From: Chrysomallon squamiferum
Taxonomy: Eukaryota; Animalia; Mollusca
Reading direction: 5' to 3'
Assembly (NCBI GenBank): GCA_012295275.1
Contig: CM022669.1
Location: forward strand, 1,798,001-1,862,000
DNA: 64,000 nt
Shown here in pieces: positions 26,001 through 38,792 of this stretch. Both the position numbers and the translations under genes were made by a program. The notes under the pieces are model-generated. The model was not told where the DNA came from. It searched no databases and saw only the letters and a list, made by a program, of their open reading frames with translations. How positions within the stretch are numbered: position 1 is the stretch's first letter; each line of letters opens with the position of its first letter.

Positions 26001-28649
26001 TATAGAATCCTATTTCATTTCTCTAATGTATTTTACAAATAGATAATAATTCAACCAATTCTGTTATAATTTACACATTTCCAATTTAGTTGTATAATTT
26101 AAAACAGCTTTAGCTGTTAAAACTTTTTGTAGAAAAGATGAGGAACTTACCAAACAAGACCATAGCATGTATATACAGTCAAACTCAGATAACTCCAGCA
26201 TCTCTTTATCAAGAGCTGCCCCGCCTTCCCTTGATGCCCAAGCACGTGCTTAGTTTGCTTATAGGATTAATTCACTGGTAATAATGAACTTCAAATAATT
26301 AAACATCAAGGTGTTGAAAATCTCTCTTTATTCAAAAGCTATTCATGGTCCGTCTGCTGTAATAGAAATTAGCCTTTCAAAACTTGAATGGTTGAGCTAT
26401 TGTTTCCCTTGGTAAATAAAATATAAAGAACAATAGGCCGATTAAGCAGAACAAAATATGCCTGTCTCCATTGTCTGAGTTTTTATAGTATCTTTACATA
26501 ATTTTAAGAACTTTTGTAGTGATATGATTCACTGATTGATGTTTATTTTGCAAACAAGTGTATCCTGTCAAACATCCTATTTGCTATTTAAATGTACACA
26601 TCTGCTGACCTCAGAATATTCTCATGATATGTGAACAAGTTGTGTGGAAAAACAGACCTTGTAACGAAAGACAATTTCTTTAAAAAAACCTGCAAACAGT
26701 CTTTCATTACTTCCTTTTTTTGGATAAAGATATTTTTAATGGCAGAAATAACATTAATAAGTGGATATATCAGTTATTAATTTGGTTACTGAATCTTTTT
26801 TTTTAGTAGAATATTTGTGATATAAAATGGTTTTGTTTTTTTAAATATTTGTACTTTACATCTAGTGCTACTAAAACTTCATTATCATATTATGTTCCTC
26901 CAAATTTAGAAATCTGAAAATACATGAACTTGATATTTATTTTTGGTTATGGGTTTCAAATTAAGTTTTCCATAATCTGTGTGTCGTGTTTTTACTTTTT
27001 TACATCTCAGTAAATATATATATATGTACATAATTTGTGAGTGTTGGCGCATACTTATGTCAAATTAATTTAAGTCATGTCTTTCATTTATTTTATTATT
27101 TACATGGTTTACTAAATATGAAAGAGTGTGTTTCTTGAAATATGAAATTCATCTATCAGAACTGCAGTAAATATTTAGAATTCAAATACTTTAGCACCCA
27201 GAAACTCCAGCTGTTTTTGCTCACTCTACCATCTTGACTTACCAAAGTTTGATTGTATTACGTATATACTTCAGTAATAATTAATAACTAATTAAAAAAG
27301 ATTATCTGTCAAATTATCAACCAACACGTTTCCATATTTAAAACCTTTATGTTTAAAATATAATTAAAGCTAGCTCATTTACAGTGCATAAAAGAAAATT
27401 TAATGTTTGTAGGATTTGAATGCTGTGTATCAGAAGGTGCAAAAGGAGAAAGAGCAAAAAGAACTGGAAAAAGAAAAACTAAAACGATTAGAAAAAATAA
27501 AGCAGCAGGTAAGAAAAATCTTTATAAAATAAAATGTTTTGTATGCACAACATATATGCCCAGATATACAAAACACTGAAGCTATAGCTTTATTCTTGTT
27601 TTTCTGTGGGGTTTTATTCATTTAGTTACTATATTAGAATAATAACAATTGTAACTGATTATATTTGTGTTGTGACCACCCTAGTGCCTTGAGACTCAGT
27701 TTGAGTGTTTGTTTTTAATTTCTGTTTTAATTTCTTTGCTATGTTGAAAAGTAAACAAATCGAAATTAATATATTGTCAGCAAGAGAAATTAAAAAAACC
27801 AAATCATATTTTGCTGTGTTATCTTGTGAATTACTGTTAAAGGTAATTAGTAACAGATAGCTAATGTAACATCTATATCAATTTTATTTATAATGGCAAA
27901 ATGTTGAGGAAATGAGGAATATCAAATGTTTCAAGTCAGTTACTAGTTTCAGATATAACTAAATATTCTAATGGCAGAAAATTAGCTTTGGTTTTACTAC
28001 TAGGTTGAAGCTGGGGTGGCAAGAGATCCTAATCGTCTGATCAAACCAACACAAGGCTGGAAAGAGAGGCTTAAAGAAGTGGGACCAAGTGGAACTGGTC
28101 CTGTCTTATTTATACCTCACAGGTACTATATTTAAAATTTTGTTTGCAATTTATTTGTGTTTAATGATCATTCTTAATGATATAGGACAAATCAAAAGTT
28201 TCTGTTTTACATGTGTATCATATTTTTTATAAAATTCATAATTCTTAAAATGACTCGATTATTAAATTATGGGAAATAAATGTGAGTTATATTATTATAT
28301 TGATTGATACTGGATGTCCAAATTCATCATTAATTTTCTTTTAATATTATTACTTAATGTTCTATTTCTAGTTTTTCAAAAACATTTCTGTTTAGCTGAT
28401 GTTTTTATTTTAAATATGTCCTCAGAAATTAAAAAACAAGTAAATAAAACAAATAAATAAATAAAAAGACATAATGAAAAAAAACTTGTTTTGAAAGATT
28501 ATAAGAAATAAAATTAGGAACAATCTTTTTACTGAATTGATATGTGAAGTTAGTTTAGATATTTTGTTACATTTTTTTATTACAAATAACGATTTTTGTT
28601 TATTTTGTTTTTCAGAGCTGTTCCTTCTTGGAGGCAGGGTATGCACTGA
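18977..28649 (+). CDS. CCDC112: Coiled-coil domain-containing protein 112, 14 coding exons, 481 aa
   Basis: Exons 18977-18997, 20175-20260, 20501-20622, 21400-21489, 22230-22305, 22657-22840, 23991-24077, 24322-24471, 24959-25093, 25491-25586, 25850-25999, 27413-27508, 28004-28122, 28616-28649 (1446 nt, in frame). Recognised motifs LKDVKPTPEFVEKL, FLQQSGGIRGGWDEYDHQ, RDPNRLIKPTQGW and C-terminal IPHRAVPSWRQG. The 21-nt first exon is the least certain part. Confidence 0.88.
21882..22185. mobile_element. Degenerate MITE-like element in CCDC112 intron 4
   Basis: CAGTGAAACTCTTTTAAACC versus reverse complement CAGTGAAAGTCTTCAAAAACC; TA TSD not preserved. Confidence 0.4.
26176..27255. mobile_element. 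Old TA-flanked MITE-like element in CCDC112 intron 11
   Basis: TA|CAGTCAAACTCAGATAACTC ... GACTTACCAAAGTTTGATTG|TA, imperfect inverted termini of Tigger/pogo type. Confidence 0.45.
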
Positions 28650-31207
28650 CAGTTATTAGCTGTGTTATTTGAAATAATCCATCCAGTTCAGGTTTCTTAA
28701 TCAATGTGAAAAAGAAATTAATATAGTCATGTGTGGTACTAAGAAAGTTTTTTTTTGTTTGTTTTCTGTGCTGACTCTTGGGTTGTTATAAAACAAAAGA
28801 GATCTCATTTTATGGATGAATAATGAGGAAAATTAAGGAATCATCTTCAAAGTGATTTTATGAATCACTATAAAACAAATTAAACATTTTATAATTCTTA
28901 AAATAATTAGATCACAGAATTAAGGATTTTATAGAATTAAAAGTAAGCTATAATTTTATGTGGTAAGGACTAATCACAATAATAGTTTTTAAAAAAAAAG
29001 TGTGTGTGTGTGTGTGTGTTACAGTAAATTCAATAATTACTTTGAACATTGTCCAAAAAGGGATTGAACTAAACAAAAACAATTGCAAGTCAATAGTGCA
29101 GTAAATTCACTTTATTTAACATTTGTTACTTTTTAATATGTATTTAGTTATGTTACCATATACAATATTCAGTTGTTTTTTCTTTATGATAATGCACATT
29201 TAATTTTTTATACAAAACTTTTATAACTTTTATTTTCATCACTGTAATTGTCAAAACATTTTATGATCATTTTTTATATATAAAAAAAGAATGTTTTAGA
29301 TTTTTGTTTACTGTAAATTTTGAAGTCATGTTTAGGTCTGATTATACCTAAATGCTGATATATTTTTATGTTCATTATTTATCATTTACTTTATTTTCTT
29401 TTTTGTCATGTAAGTAATATGACTGAAAGAAAGTAAAAAAACAAAAACATTTGCATAGAAATATTTTTATATTTACTCTTTTTTATATACCAGTTTTCTT
29501 TATGATTTTATAATTAATATTAGCAGTACCTTGTCTGAGGTCATAGATTGGGTTGCTCTTTTTTTTCTTGCTTTTTTTATTTAATAGCAAATTGATGTGT
29601 AAATGCAGCTATTCACTGAACTTATTGTTTGACCCATTTATTTATCCTGAAGAAGCATTGTCAACCTCATTGTGAATACTGTCAATGTACTCAGACAGTG
29701 CACCACATTTTTGTGGAGTGTGATCATGTTAGGCAGATCTGGAAGGATATATTTGGTCAAATGTGTTTTAAAATATATTGTAATTTAAATAAACTGTGAT
29801 ACTTTTTGCACATCTCTTTACACTATGTTCTGACTAATTTTGAATTTTTATGTTGAAAATATTCACCATTTTGTTACATTTACCTTTGTTTGACACCCAG
29901 ATACAATATATTTTTTACCATTCTCATTTATTGCTGATGTATTTTGTGTTAAGATGTTGCAAAAGGTGCATCTAAGGTTTATTCTTTCCACAGATACAAT
30001 CTTTCATAAACAATTTGCAAGGATTGATTGAAGTGGGGTGAAATAAATCCTGAAGGGCACATAAAGAGCTCAACTTCTTCAGTAGAAATATATACCATTA
30101 ACTGGCACCTTAATTTCTGTGTTCTTAAATTTATTTATTTTATTAAGAATAATAAAAGAAAATAAAAAATTAAATAACTACAGATAAAACCATCTTCTGC
30201 AAATTATAAGAGCATTAAACTTAATTTAATAAAATTGAATAGCTTAGTTGTGACTAGATACGTTTTTACCAAACTTACATTTAAACATCTTATGGCCCAT
30301 TACAGAAAAACGAGCGAGAGAAGTTGCACAAATTGTTGCATTTATTTTTACATAACTTAATATTTCATCAACTAATGGCAGTCTGTAAATGGAAATCAGC
30401 CCAAGAGTTGTCATTTATTCTAGACAAAACCAAAATTGCTAAATAATCTCATAGATAGAGCAGTGCTTCATGAATCATTTTAAAGCTGTGATCATCCCTC
30501 TCTGGAAATGTATAAATAACTCTTCAAAAACTTACTGACTCTGATTCATTTTTGCTGTACTGAGACACATTTTAGTTAATACTTGTCTAGTTGTAGAAGA
30601 ATAAATTTAAAAAAATTAATTTTTATATTCATGATTATGAAACGTCAACCAAAGTTTTTATCAACTAAATTATCTGATGTAATGTGAAAGTAATAATTTT
30701 AAACAAAGTTTTTTTTTGGAGGCTTTTGTTCCAATTTATTTATTCTATATACTAGTGCTTCTTAAACTGGTGTTATATTATTTTGGGATGACAAATCAGG
30801 AGATGAAAACCTCAAAAAATGTGTCAGCTTAATTCTGTGACAAAGAATAATGTGAAACACAGTTGTTTATCTTTAATCCAGCATGTAACAATGAATAATA
30901 ATAAAAAAAAAAAAAAATATTCATAAAATGCAACTGCAAAGTTCTGTTAAATAATTATTTGTTAACATTCAGTTATTATTAAATTTAAATTTTTTTTTTT
31001 TTAAATATCATTCAGAAAAGTAATTTCCCAACATTAGAATTATTGCTAAAGGAAGTAACACCAGTAAAAAAATTTCAAAAATGGCAGCATTTCCAGAAAA
31101 CAAACAGATAATGATCATTTGGCATCCTTTTATTCATACTTTTTTTTTTTATCTCTTGCAAATATTTTATAAATAAACAGCAGACAATTAAAGGTAAATG
31201 TGAATTC

Positions 31208-34200
31208 TCACAGTTTTGAATGCACATATTGTTCTATGACCTCAGAATAGATAAGATGGTTAATTTCGTTTTTACTGAAACCAAACTCTAGCAGAATATT
31301 TTCTGTATGTTCACCAGGATGAGGCTGTGGTTTGACTCTGTTGATACCTGGTGTTCGTGAAAGTCTTGGAGCTGGTCCAGGTTCATAATAACCATTGGAT
31401 GTTTGCAAGAATGACATCTTTTCCTTGTTATGTGCATACTGAGGAGCTTCATCCATTTCTAACACTGGAAAAACGCAGGCGTCAAGCTCTCCATTGACAA
31501 AGATTTCAGTCCATTCATCTTGTGTTTTGGAATGAAACTTTTGTTCAAAGATTTCTTTCAAATTTGCTTGACTACCATACTGACTGACATTTTCTGAGTC
31601 CAAATCCAAACCTGGAAATTAAATTACATTATTGTTTTTAAAACTAATACAAACAATTTTTTTGAAAGACAATAAAATAAGTAAGAAAGTCAAAAGAATT
31701 TTTTTGAATTATATATTACAGTAACATCAATAACCTTACATATGGTCTGAAAACAGTTTGTAATTTTAGGTATGACTGACAGCCTATTGTGACAGGTTTG
31801 AAAATGCATAGAAGCTGTCATTTTCTTTTTTTATAAGATCTTTTATACATTGAAAATATTTTACAGGTTTTTTTTTTATTAATTTCTTTCTATAAAATTT
31901 CATGATGATAACAGTGAAAAATGTCAGTTTATATATACATACTCTGTTTTTTATTCTCTCAAATTTTTTTTTTATATATTAATAATTTTCATTTTAAGAG
32001 TGCTACTGCCATAAAGCAAAAACTGTTAAAAGATTATGAATTACTCACATTTGTTAAAGAGATATACAGATGAATTAGTTTTAAATAACAAATAATTGAG
32101 GACAACATATCTTTCAGGTTATATTATAATTATTTCCAGTAAAAAGAATAATTTAAAAAACAAAACAAAAACAAGAATGCTGACATAATTATGAACCTTT
32201 AAGCAGATCCTTGAAAAACTGTGGTTCTAAGGAGCCAACAGACATGTATTTGTCATCTGCTGTTTTGTACACCTCATAGAAAGCACTTCCATGATCCAGC
32301 ATGTTCTGACCACGGGGATTTCCTGACAAAAACGGCAAACCTCTAGTTCTCCAGATGAAACTACCTGTTCAAAAATGTACTAAACACTAAAGACAGAAAT
32401 TTTCGGATTAATTTAACCACTGATTAACTATCTGTGAAATTAGTGTAGAATCAAATAGGATTTTAGTTCACTTATCTTGACCAGAAATCTATGACTGACA
32501 AGGCTTCTAGTTTTATAAACAATGTAATTAATTTATACAAAAACAATGTTTCTAATTAGTAGTTAAATGTAATTCATAATGCATTCACCACCAAGGTGAA
32601 AATATGAACAATTCACTCTGTTACCTAAATAAGCTGTTCCTTCCACCATATTGGCATCAATAATCTGACCCCTTCCAGATTTTGTTCTTTCGAAGAGAGC
32701 CATTGTAATACCCAGAGCACATATTAAACCTCCACCAGCAAAATCGGCCAGCAAATTCAATGGAAAACACGGATTCTCATTGTACCGGCCAAATCTTGAC
32801 AACACACCTTAAACAGTATTTCATTATTTAAATGAGATTATTCTTATAGATTAACCAAAATTTAACCACTTGTTATTAGAAACTTGTTATTAGAAATCTA
32901 AATTATTGTCTTAATATTTAAGGAGAAATGCTAGGCTAAAAAATGACAAGTTTGAGTAAACAAAATCATTTTTTAATATTTGACATGAACATTTTGGAAA
33001 ATTTATATAAACAATTTACCTTTTAGACAAATGTTTCAGCTGTTTTACAAGAAATTGGATTTAAAAAACTTTTTTTTTTTTTTGTACTTTCCTAACTACT
33101 GTTGCTAGAGATTTCAAATCTGGATTACATATACTTAGAAACAAACACTAAATCATGGAAAAATTAACTATTCTAGTCACATAATCTTTATATAACTTTT
33201 CTATTGTTTCAAAATACAAATTAAAATACATATATATATATATTTAATTACTTCTTTTGTAAATAATGACTAATTTTGTTCTGTTATTTTATAGAAATAA
33301 TGTGGTTTGGGTTGGAGAGGTTCATGAAATGGGGTACTACAATATTAAAAAAATAATAGTAACAAAAATGACTATATGTCATAAAAAAGTAAATTAGTAC
33401 TATGGTAACAAATGGAGATTATTTCCATCAAGTTTCAAATCTGTGACAAAAAATAATTTTTTATTTTCCCCACACATCCCCTTAAATATATTTCAACACA
33501 ATTATTATTGCTGAAATCAAATAGAATATGGCAGCAGTAAAAAAAATGGATGCATGTGTTTTAATGTTTGTGTCTAAAACAAGGATGAAGCAATTAATCA
33601 CCTGCAATAGAGAGATAATTGACATCATGTCCAGCTTTCTTAGCAAGATGACCACTCTGACCAAATCCAGTTAGTCTGGCATAGATTAGTCTTGGATTAT
33701 CGGCCAATAATACTTCTGGACCAAGTCCAAGTTTTTCCATAACACCTACAAAAAAATTTATATTGTTATAACCCCATGTTTTAATAAATATGTTCAACCC
33801 AGAACAAAAGAAATCAATATTATTGTATCTCTTTGTCTTTTAATATATACACAAAACTAAAGATTATTATTATGCTCAGTTTTTACATAAATATTTTTAA
33901 TTTGGAAGAAATTTATAATAGTACATAAAACCAGTGTTTCCTGACATTTCAGCTTCAAAGATTTTCTGGTTTTGGAAAGATCTGTCTATTCACCAAGCCA
34001 GTTTTATTAACTATTAAGAAACTTGACTTCTCAATTTCATTTCTCAGTAATTAAAATTTAAATACATTTCAGTTTAAAAGAGATTGTGCTAAATATAATA
34101 TGTAATCCTGAATCACTGAGTTACATAAAAAGTTTAAATAAAATGATCTGCAAAATAGGAAAATTACATTTAAGACAACAGTTTAAAATAAAAATGTTTA

Positions 34201-35134
34201 AAAATGTGGAAACGCCATGAAATTAGACATTTATATTTTCTTCATTTAAAAAAAATGAATATATATATACACTCACCTAGCATTTAATAACTTTTTACAA
34301 AATAGATATTAAAAGAAATAAAAAATAATGAAAGGTTTTATTATTTTTAAAACATTTGTTTTCATAAAGGTAAACTTTGAAATTTAAAACGAAAATAAAA
34401 ATAAACTTTTATTTAATAATTTAATAACAAGTGTTTTGGGGAAGGATGCAATAAAATCATAATACAGATTAAAATATCTAAACAAATGAGCTTATTTTAT
34501 TTAAAGATAAAAGTTTTACCATGTCTGAATGGTTCTATGATGACATCAACATTTTCACATAGTCTCTGCAAAAGTCGGACACCTTCCTTTTTCTTCAAAT
34601 TCACCACAATTGATTCCTTCCCACGAGCCAGTCTGTCCATATCAACATGTTTTGGCTAAATATATGTATTTTGAATTATTAGACACATCTATTACTTCCA
34701 GACACAGACACATACATCCTCAAGAAAAACCCCCATACATACATATATTCACTAGTGCAAATTGAGAGACATGTAAAATTAAAGTTATAACAATCAAATC
34801 TCCGACGTCATAGCACAATGCCTAGTATGTCTACAATACTTCAAATTTAAGTTTTTGTAATACACTAGAGGCATTATCTTTATTAATGTGCGTGTGTCTC
34901 TGTTTATGTGAATATCTCCATATATCAATCCTGCATTAGTCTAGGCATTATAGTTTATTTTGTGTGTTTGTGAAAATATGCCTATATTCATTTCTATGCA
35001 AGAGTATGAGCTTATATGGGTCTCACTCTATCAACTCGGATGACTCGTGCACCAAAATCTGAAAGAATCATTCCACAGAATGGTGCTGGTGCCAGACCTG
35101 CCATCTCAATAACCTTCACTCCTCTCAGTGCCAT
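31208..35134 (-). CDS. AMACR: Alpha-methylacyl-CoA racemase (CoA-transferase family III), 6 coding exons, 380 aa, C-terminal PTS1 SKL
   Basis: Exons 35134-35027, 34655-34520, 33745-33602, 32807-32625, 32364-32197, 31611-31208 (1143 nt, in frame). [74 protein letters not shown]...GEHT; ends YVHSKL-stop. Confidence 0.96.
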
Positions 35135-36350
35135 TTTCTTCAATAAAACAAAGCAGATGTGCATTATAATAATAATAAAAAATAAAATCTAATATGTGCG
35201 TGCGTGCGTGTGTGTGTGTGTTCTGTTACTCCAGATTTGATCGATTATCAGAGGAGACCTGTTTCTGGGACAACTCAGTCAACTGACTTAAGGTTTAACC
35301 ATAATTATTATAATTTGATTTAGTATGACAATATTCACTTTAACAAACAAAACAAAATAATAAAAATTAAAAAATAAGAAAGAGGATGCAAACATATTAT
35401 ACATTTTCTAATTAAAACATTTTATTAAATTTCAAATAATAAATCTAATACTTACTCACCGCGAGTCCTTATTTATTTCTGACTTTAGGCTTATCTATGG
35501 GAGATTACTCCATTTATCGAAGTCCAAAATAATAGTTGTTATAACATGAAATACAATGACTCATTGTTTAGCTCGAAGAAATAAATATATCATATAACAA
35601 GACAAATGTTAAAGGTTGTTTGTTTGGTGTGTTTTTTTTTCAATTTTCAATTTTTAATTTTAATTTTTATGTATAACGAACTGCAATAGATCTGTATCAG
35701 CTATTCTTTTCTACCTGTACAACCTCAGTGAGATTAAGGTCACACCATGACAAAAACTGGGTGTTGCTATGACTAAATGTTGTTGTCAAATCTTTTGATT
35801 TATGTATATATTTCGGTGAAACTTCTTTCGATTCGTGGCCACGACAGAGTGCAACAGACGTGGATCAAGGTATCATGAGGAATGTGCAGATATTGAGCCT
35901 GTTTTCTACTTTTTGTTTGACAAATGCAGTGAGCAATATGATCTGTACATTGCTTCTACCGAAAGGTATAATACCACAGCAGTACTTTGACAGCATGGTT
36001 CCGATTTCCTTTAGTCATGTTCTATCCGAGCATGCCTTTTCCTGCGCTATAATTGTCCATATGAATCGTGAATATGTGCGATGGATATTAACAATACTTT
36101 TTCATTATGATTTACATTTGTTGCGTATATATTTTGGCTAAACAATCCTGATTTTCATTAATAATTAAACACTTTCATAGTCCAACAGAGTCGTTTTATT
36201 TAAAAATGCACGTAACATATAGAAAATGTCTTCGCCTTATTATAGGATGTCAATAAACATTTTTTTTGTCTTCATTATCCGGTTTTATGATGTTTTAATA
36301 TTTATCAATAGCATTCCAAATATATCAAATTTTGTGCTTATTTGTGTGTA

Positions 36351-36919
36351 CCGTATATACTTGTGTATAAGTCGAATTTTTGGGAGACTATATTAAGGTA
36401 ATATTTTGGGGGTCGACTTATACATAGGTAATGCTTTTGTAGCTGTTGCTGAAGAGTCGCCATTTTGACTATCTTTTGCTACGGGATGCATCTAAAATAA
36501 TCGCGGTCTTTCAGCTTTTCAAAAATATAATTTTATCGTATAAAAAATTTTGAAAAATTAAATAACAAAACCAAATATGAATGTAAAACATAATATTCTT
36601 CCTTTAATGACATAAAAATACATTTTAAAGCGAGAAAACCGTCAGTACGGCGTTATGCCTTACGGCGTCTTGCAATGATTTAGGCTGTAGCTCGTGTAAT
36701 ACATGCATTTACGTTACTATGGTATGTTCGTGCAAGTTATGTTACAGTAGGCGTACAATGTAGGCCATCATGGCACTGTCACACTGGTCTAAAAATAGTG
36801 ACGGTGCCTGGAATCTACAGTCGACTTATACACAAGTAATACCTAAAATGACGCAATTTTTGGTCTTAAAATACACATCGACTTATACATAAGGTCGCCT
36901 TGTACACAAGTATATACGG
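36351..36919. mobile_element. Tc1/mariner-superfamily MITE (Tc2/pogo-like CCGTA termini) between AMACR and NCBP1
   Basis: TA|CCGTATATACTTGTGTATAAGTCGA ... TCGCCTTGTACACAAGTATATACGG|TA; internal repeats of (G)TCGACTTATAC near 36412, 36820 and 36878. Confidence 0.88.
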
Positions 36920-38423
36920 TATCTCGAGTATAATGCATTTCCCCAATTTAAGTATGTGTCTTTAACCATTAATTATTAAAAGAGAGTGGGATCAAGGTTA
37001 CAAAATAAACAAACAAATAAATAAAAGAAAATAAACTAATTACTTCAGACTACATGATCTATAATTAACAAAATACAGGATCCAGCATTTATATGTGTAA
37101 TTGCTTCTTTTTTTCTTTTTTGTTTTTATCAGACGTTTAGAAAAACTTGTACATGGAATGAACAAATGCACCCGAATTCATACTAACGATTAAATGCAAA
37201 TTATATATCGCCTGTAAATATGTTGTTTAAACCATTTCTACTTTGAGCAGTTGAATTTGTGTTTTGCTTTTTGTGGTTATTATCTTCCTAATTTTTGTTC
37301 TTGTTTTTTCCTATACGTGCGTGTTTTAATAACAAAAAGACCATTGAACAAATAATGTGACTGACAAAGCTGTTCTTCATAGCAAATTCTTTGATTAGCA
37401 CCTTAATTTTTCATTCACTGACTGTTAACTTTATCCGGCAAGCTTGGAACCGGAGGTGGTCCGGAATTCTGGATACAGGCTAATTATTTTCTTAAAATAT
37501 GGATTGAAAAACTTATATAAATCAATGTACTCTTAAAGCAGGGTCTATTTAATCTTTATTAGTCCTTTAAAATTATTAAAATAAATTTATAAAATACCAT
37601 CTACAACAAATAGGAGGAAAATAAAAACGAAAAAAAAAGAAAGATCACAGTTTTACGTGAAAGAAGCAAACATATTAATACACTTCTTAATACATTTAAA
37701 TTTCTTACAGTACCATGTACATTAAATCATAGAAAAATAATGTAAGTAAAAAACAAACAAACAACAAAAAAACAAAAAAAAACCCCACATCCTTCAGTAC
37801 ACCTGTTCTGAACAGTGTTCAGGTGTATAATAATGATTTACTGTAAGAGAACCCTCTACACAGCAAATCTCACTTACACTAGCTTTCTTCAACGCGTATG
37901 TCACGGAAATCGAAACAACTGTGCAATTTTTAAAAGTAATCAGTTTTAAAAAAAAGAAAAAGAAAAACAAAGACGGATTTCAGCTTATTTTCAAAAGGCT
38001 TACAAAGTTACATACTGCTGTTCACTTTTAAAATAAATATTGATTGAATGAATGAATAATAAGAATTATTATTATTATTATTATTATTATTATTGTTATT
38101 ATTACTGTTATTACTATTATTATTATTCTTATTGTTGTTATTGTTGTTGTTATTTATTTATTTATTTATTTATTAAATAATCTGCTGTGAGCACAATAGT
38201 AAGATATCTTATTCAGAATACTGCAGACTGATACCGTAAATTAAAGGGACAAGCAATAGTAATAGATAGATTCATCTCCAGTGATAACTTGTTTGGCATA
38301 AATATTCTAAAAGTGAGCTGGAATTGTTCTTTACCAGTGCCAGATAAAAATATCGTGGGCAAAATTACACTCCTTTTTACTATAGATGAGCAGTATTTGA
38401 TGCCTCAAAGCGAATTTCTGTGA

Positions 38424-38476
<53 letters not shown>

Positions 38477-38792
38477 TGAATCTTATTTTTTATTGTTAAT
38501 TAATCCTGCTATTTAAAATGTTGAATCAAACAATATTTCAATATTCAAGATTACAGTATTTGATAAATGTAAGTTTTAGATAATCATTCATACTGGGAAA
38601 TAGTTGTTTTGAAGACATAACGAAATTGTTCGCTAGAGTTATGGTTCGTAGACTCTGCAGCCTTAAAAAGTATTCGCTAGCTGCATCGGATTGAACATTA
38701 TTCATTTCGATTTGTATTTCTTTGTTGGTGGCTTTTGTTCTTTAAATTCTATTTTCAAACGAGCTTGTTTTATCTTTTAAACCAGAGTAAAT

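Noticed and set aside
35860-36141. 93-aa ORF between AMACR and NCBP1
   Set aside because: Starts at GTG, no recognisable motif or exon partners; more likely a repeat fragment in the promoter interval.
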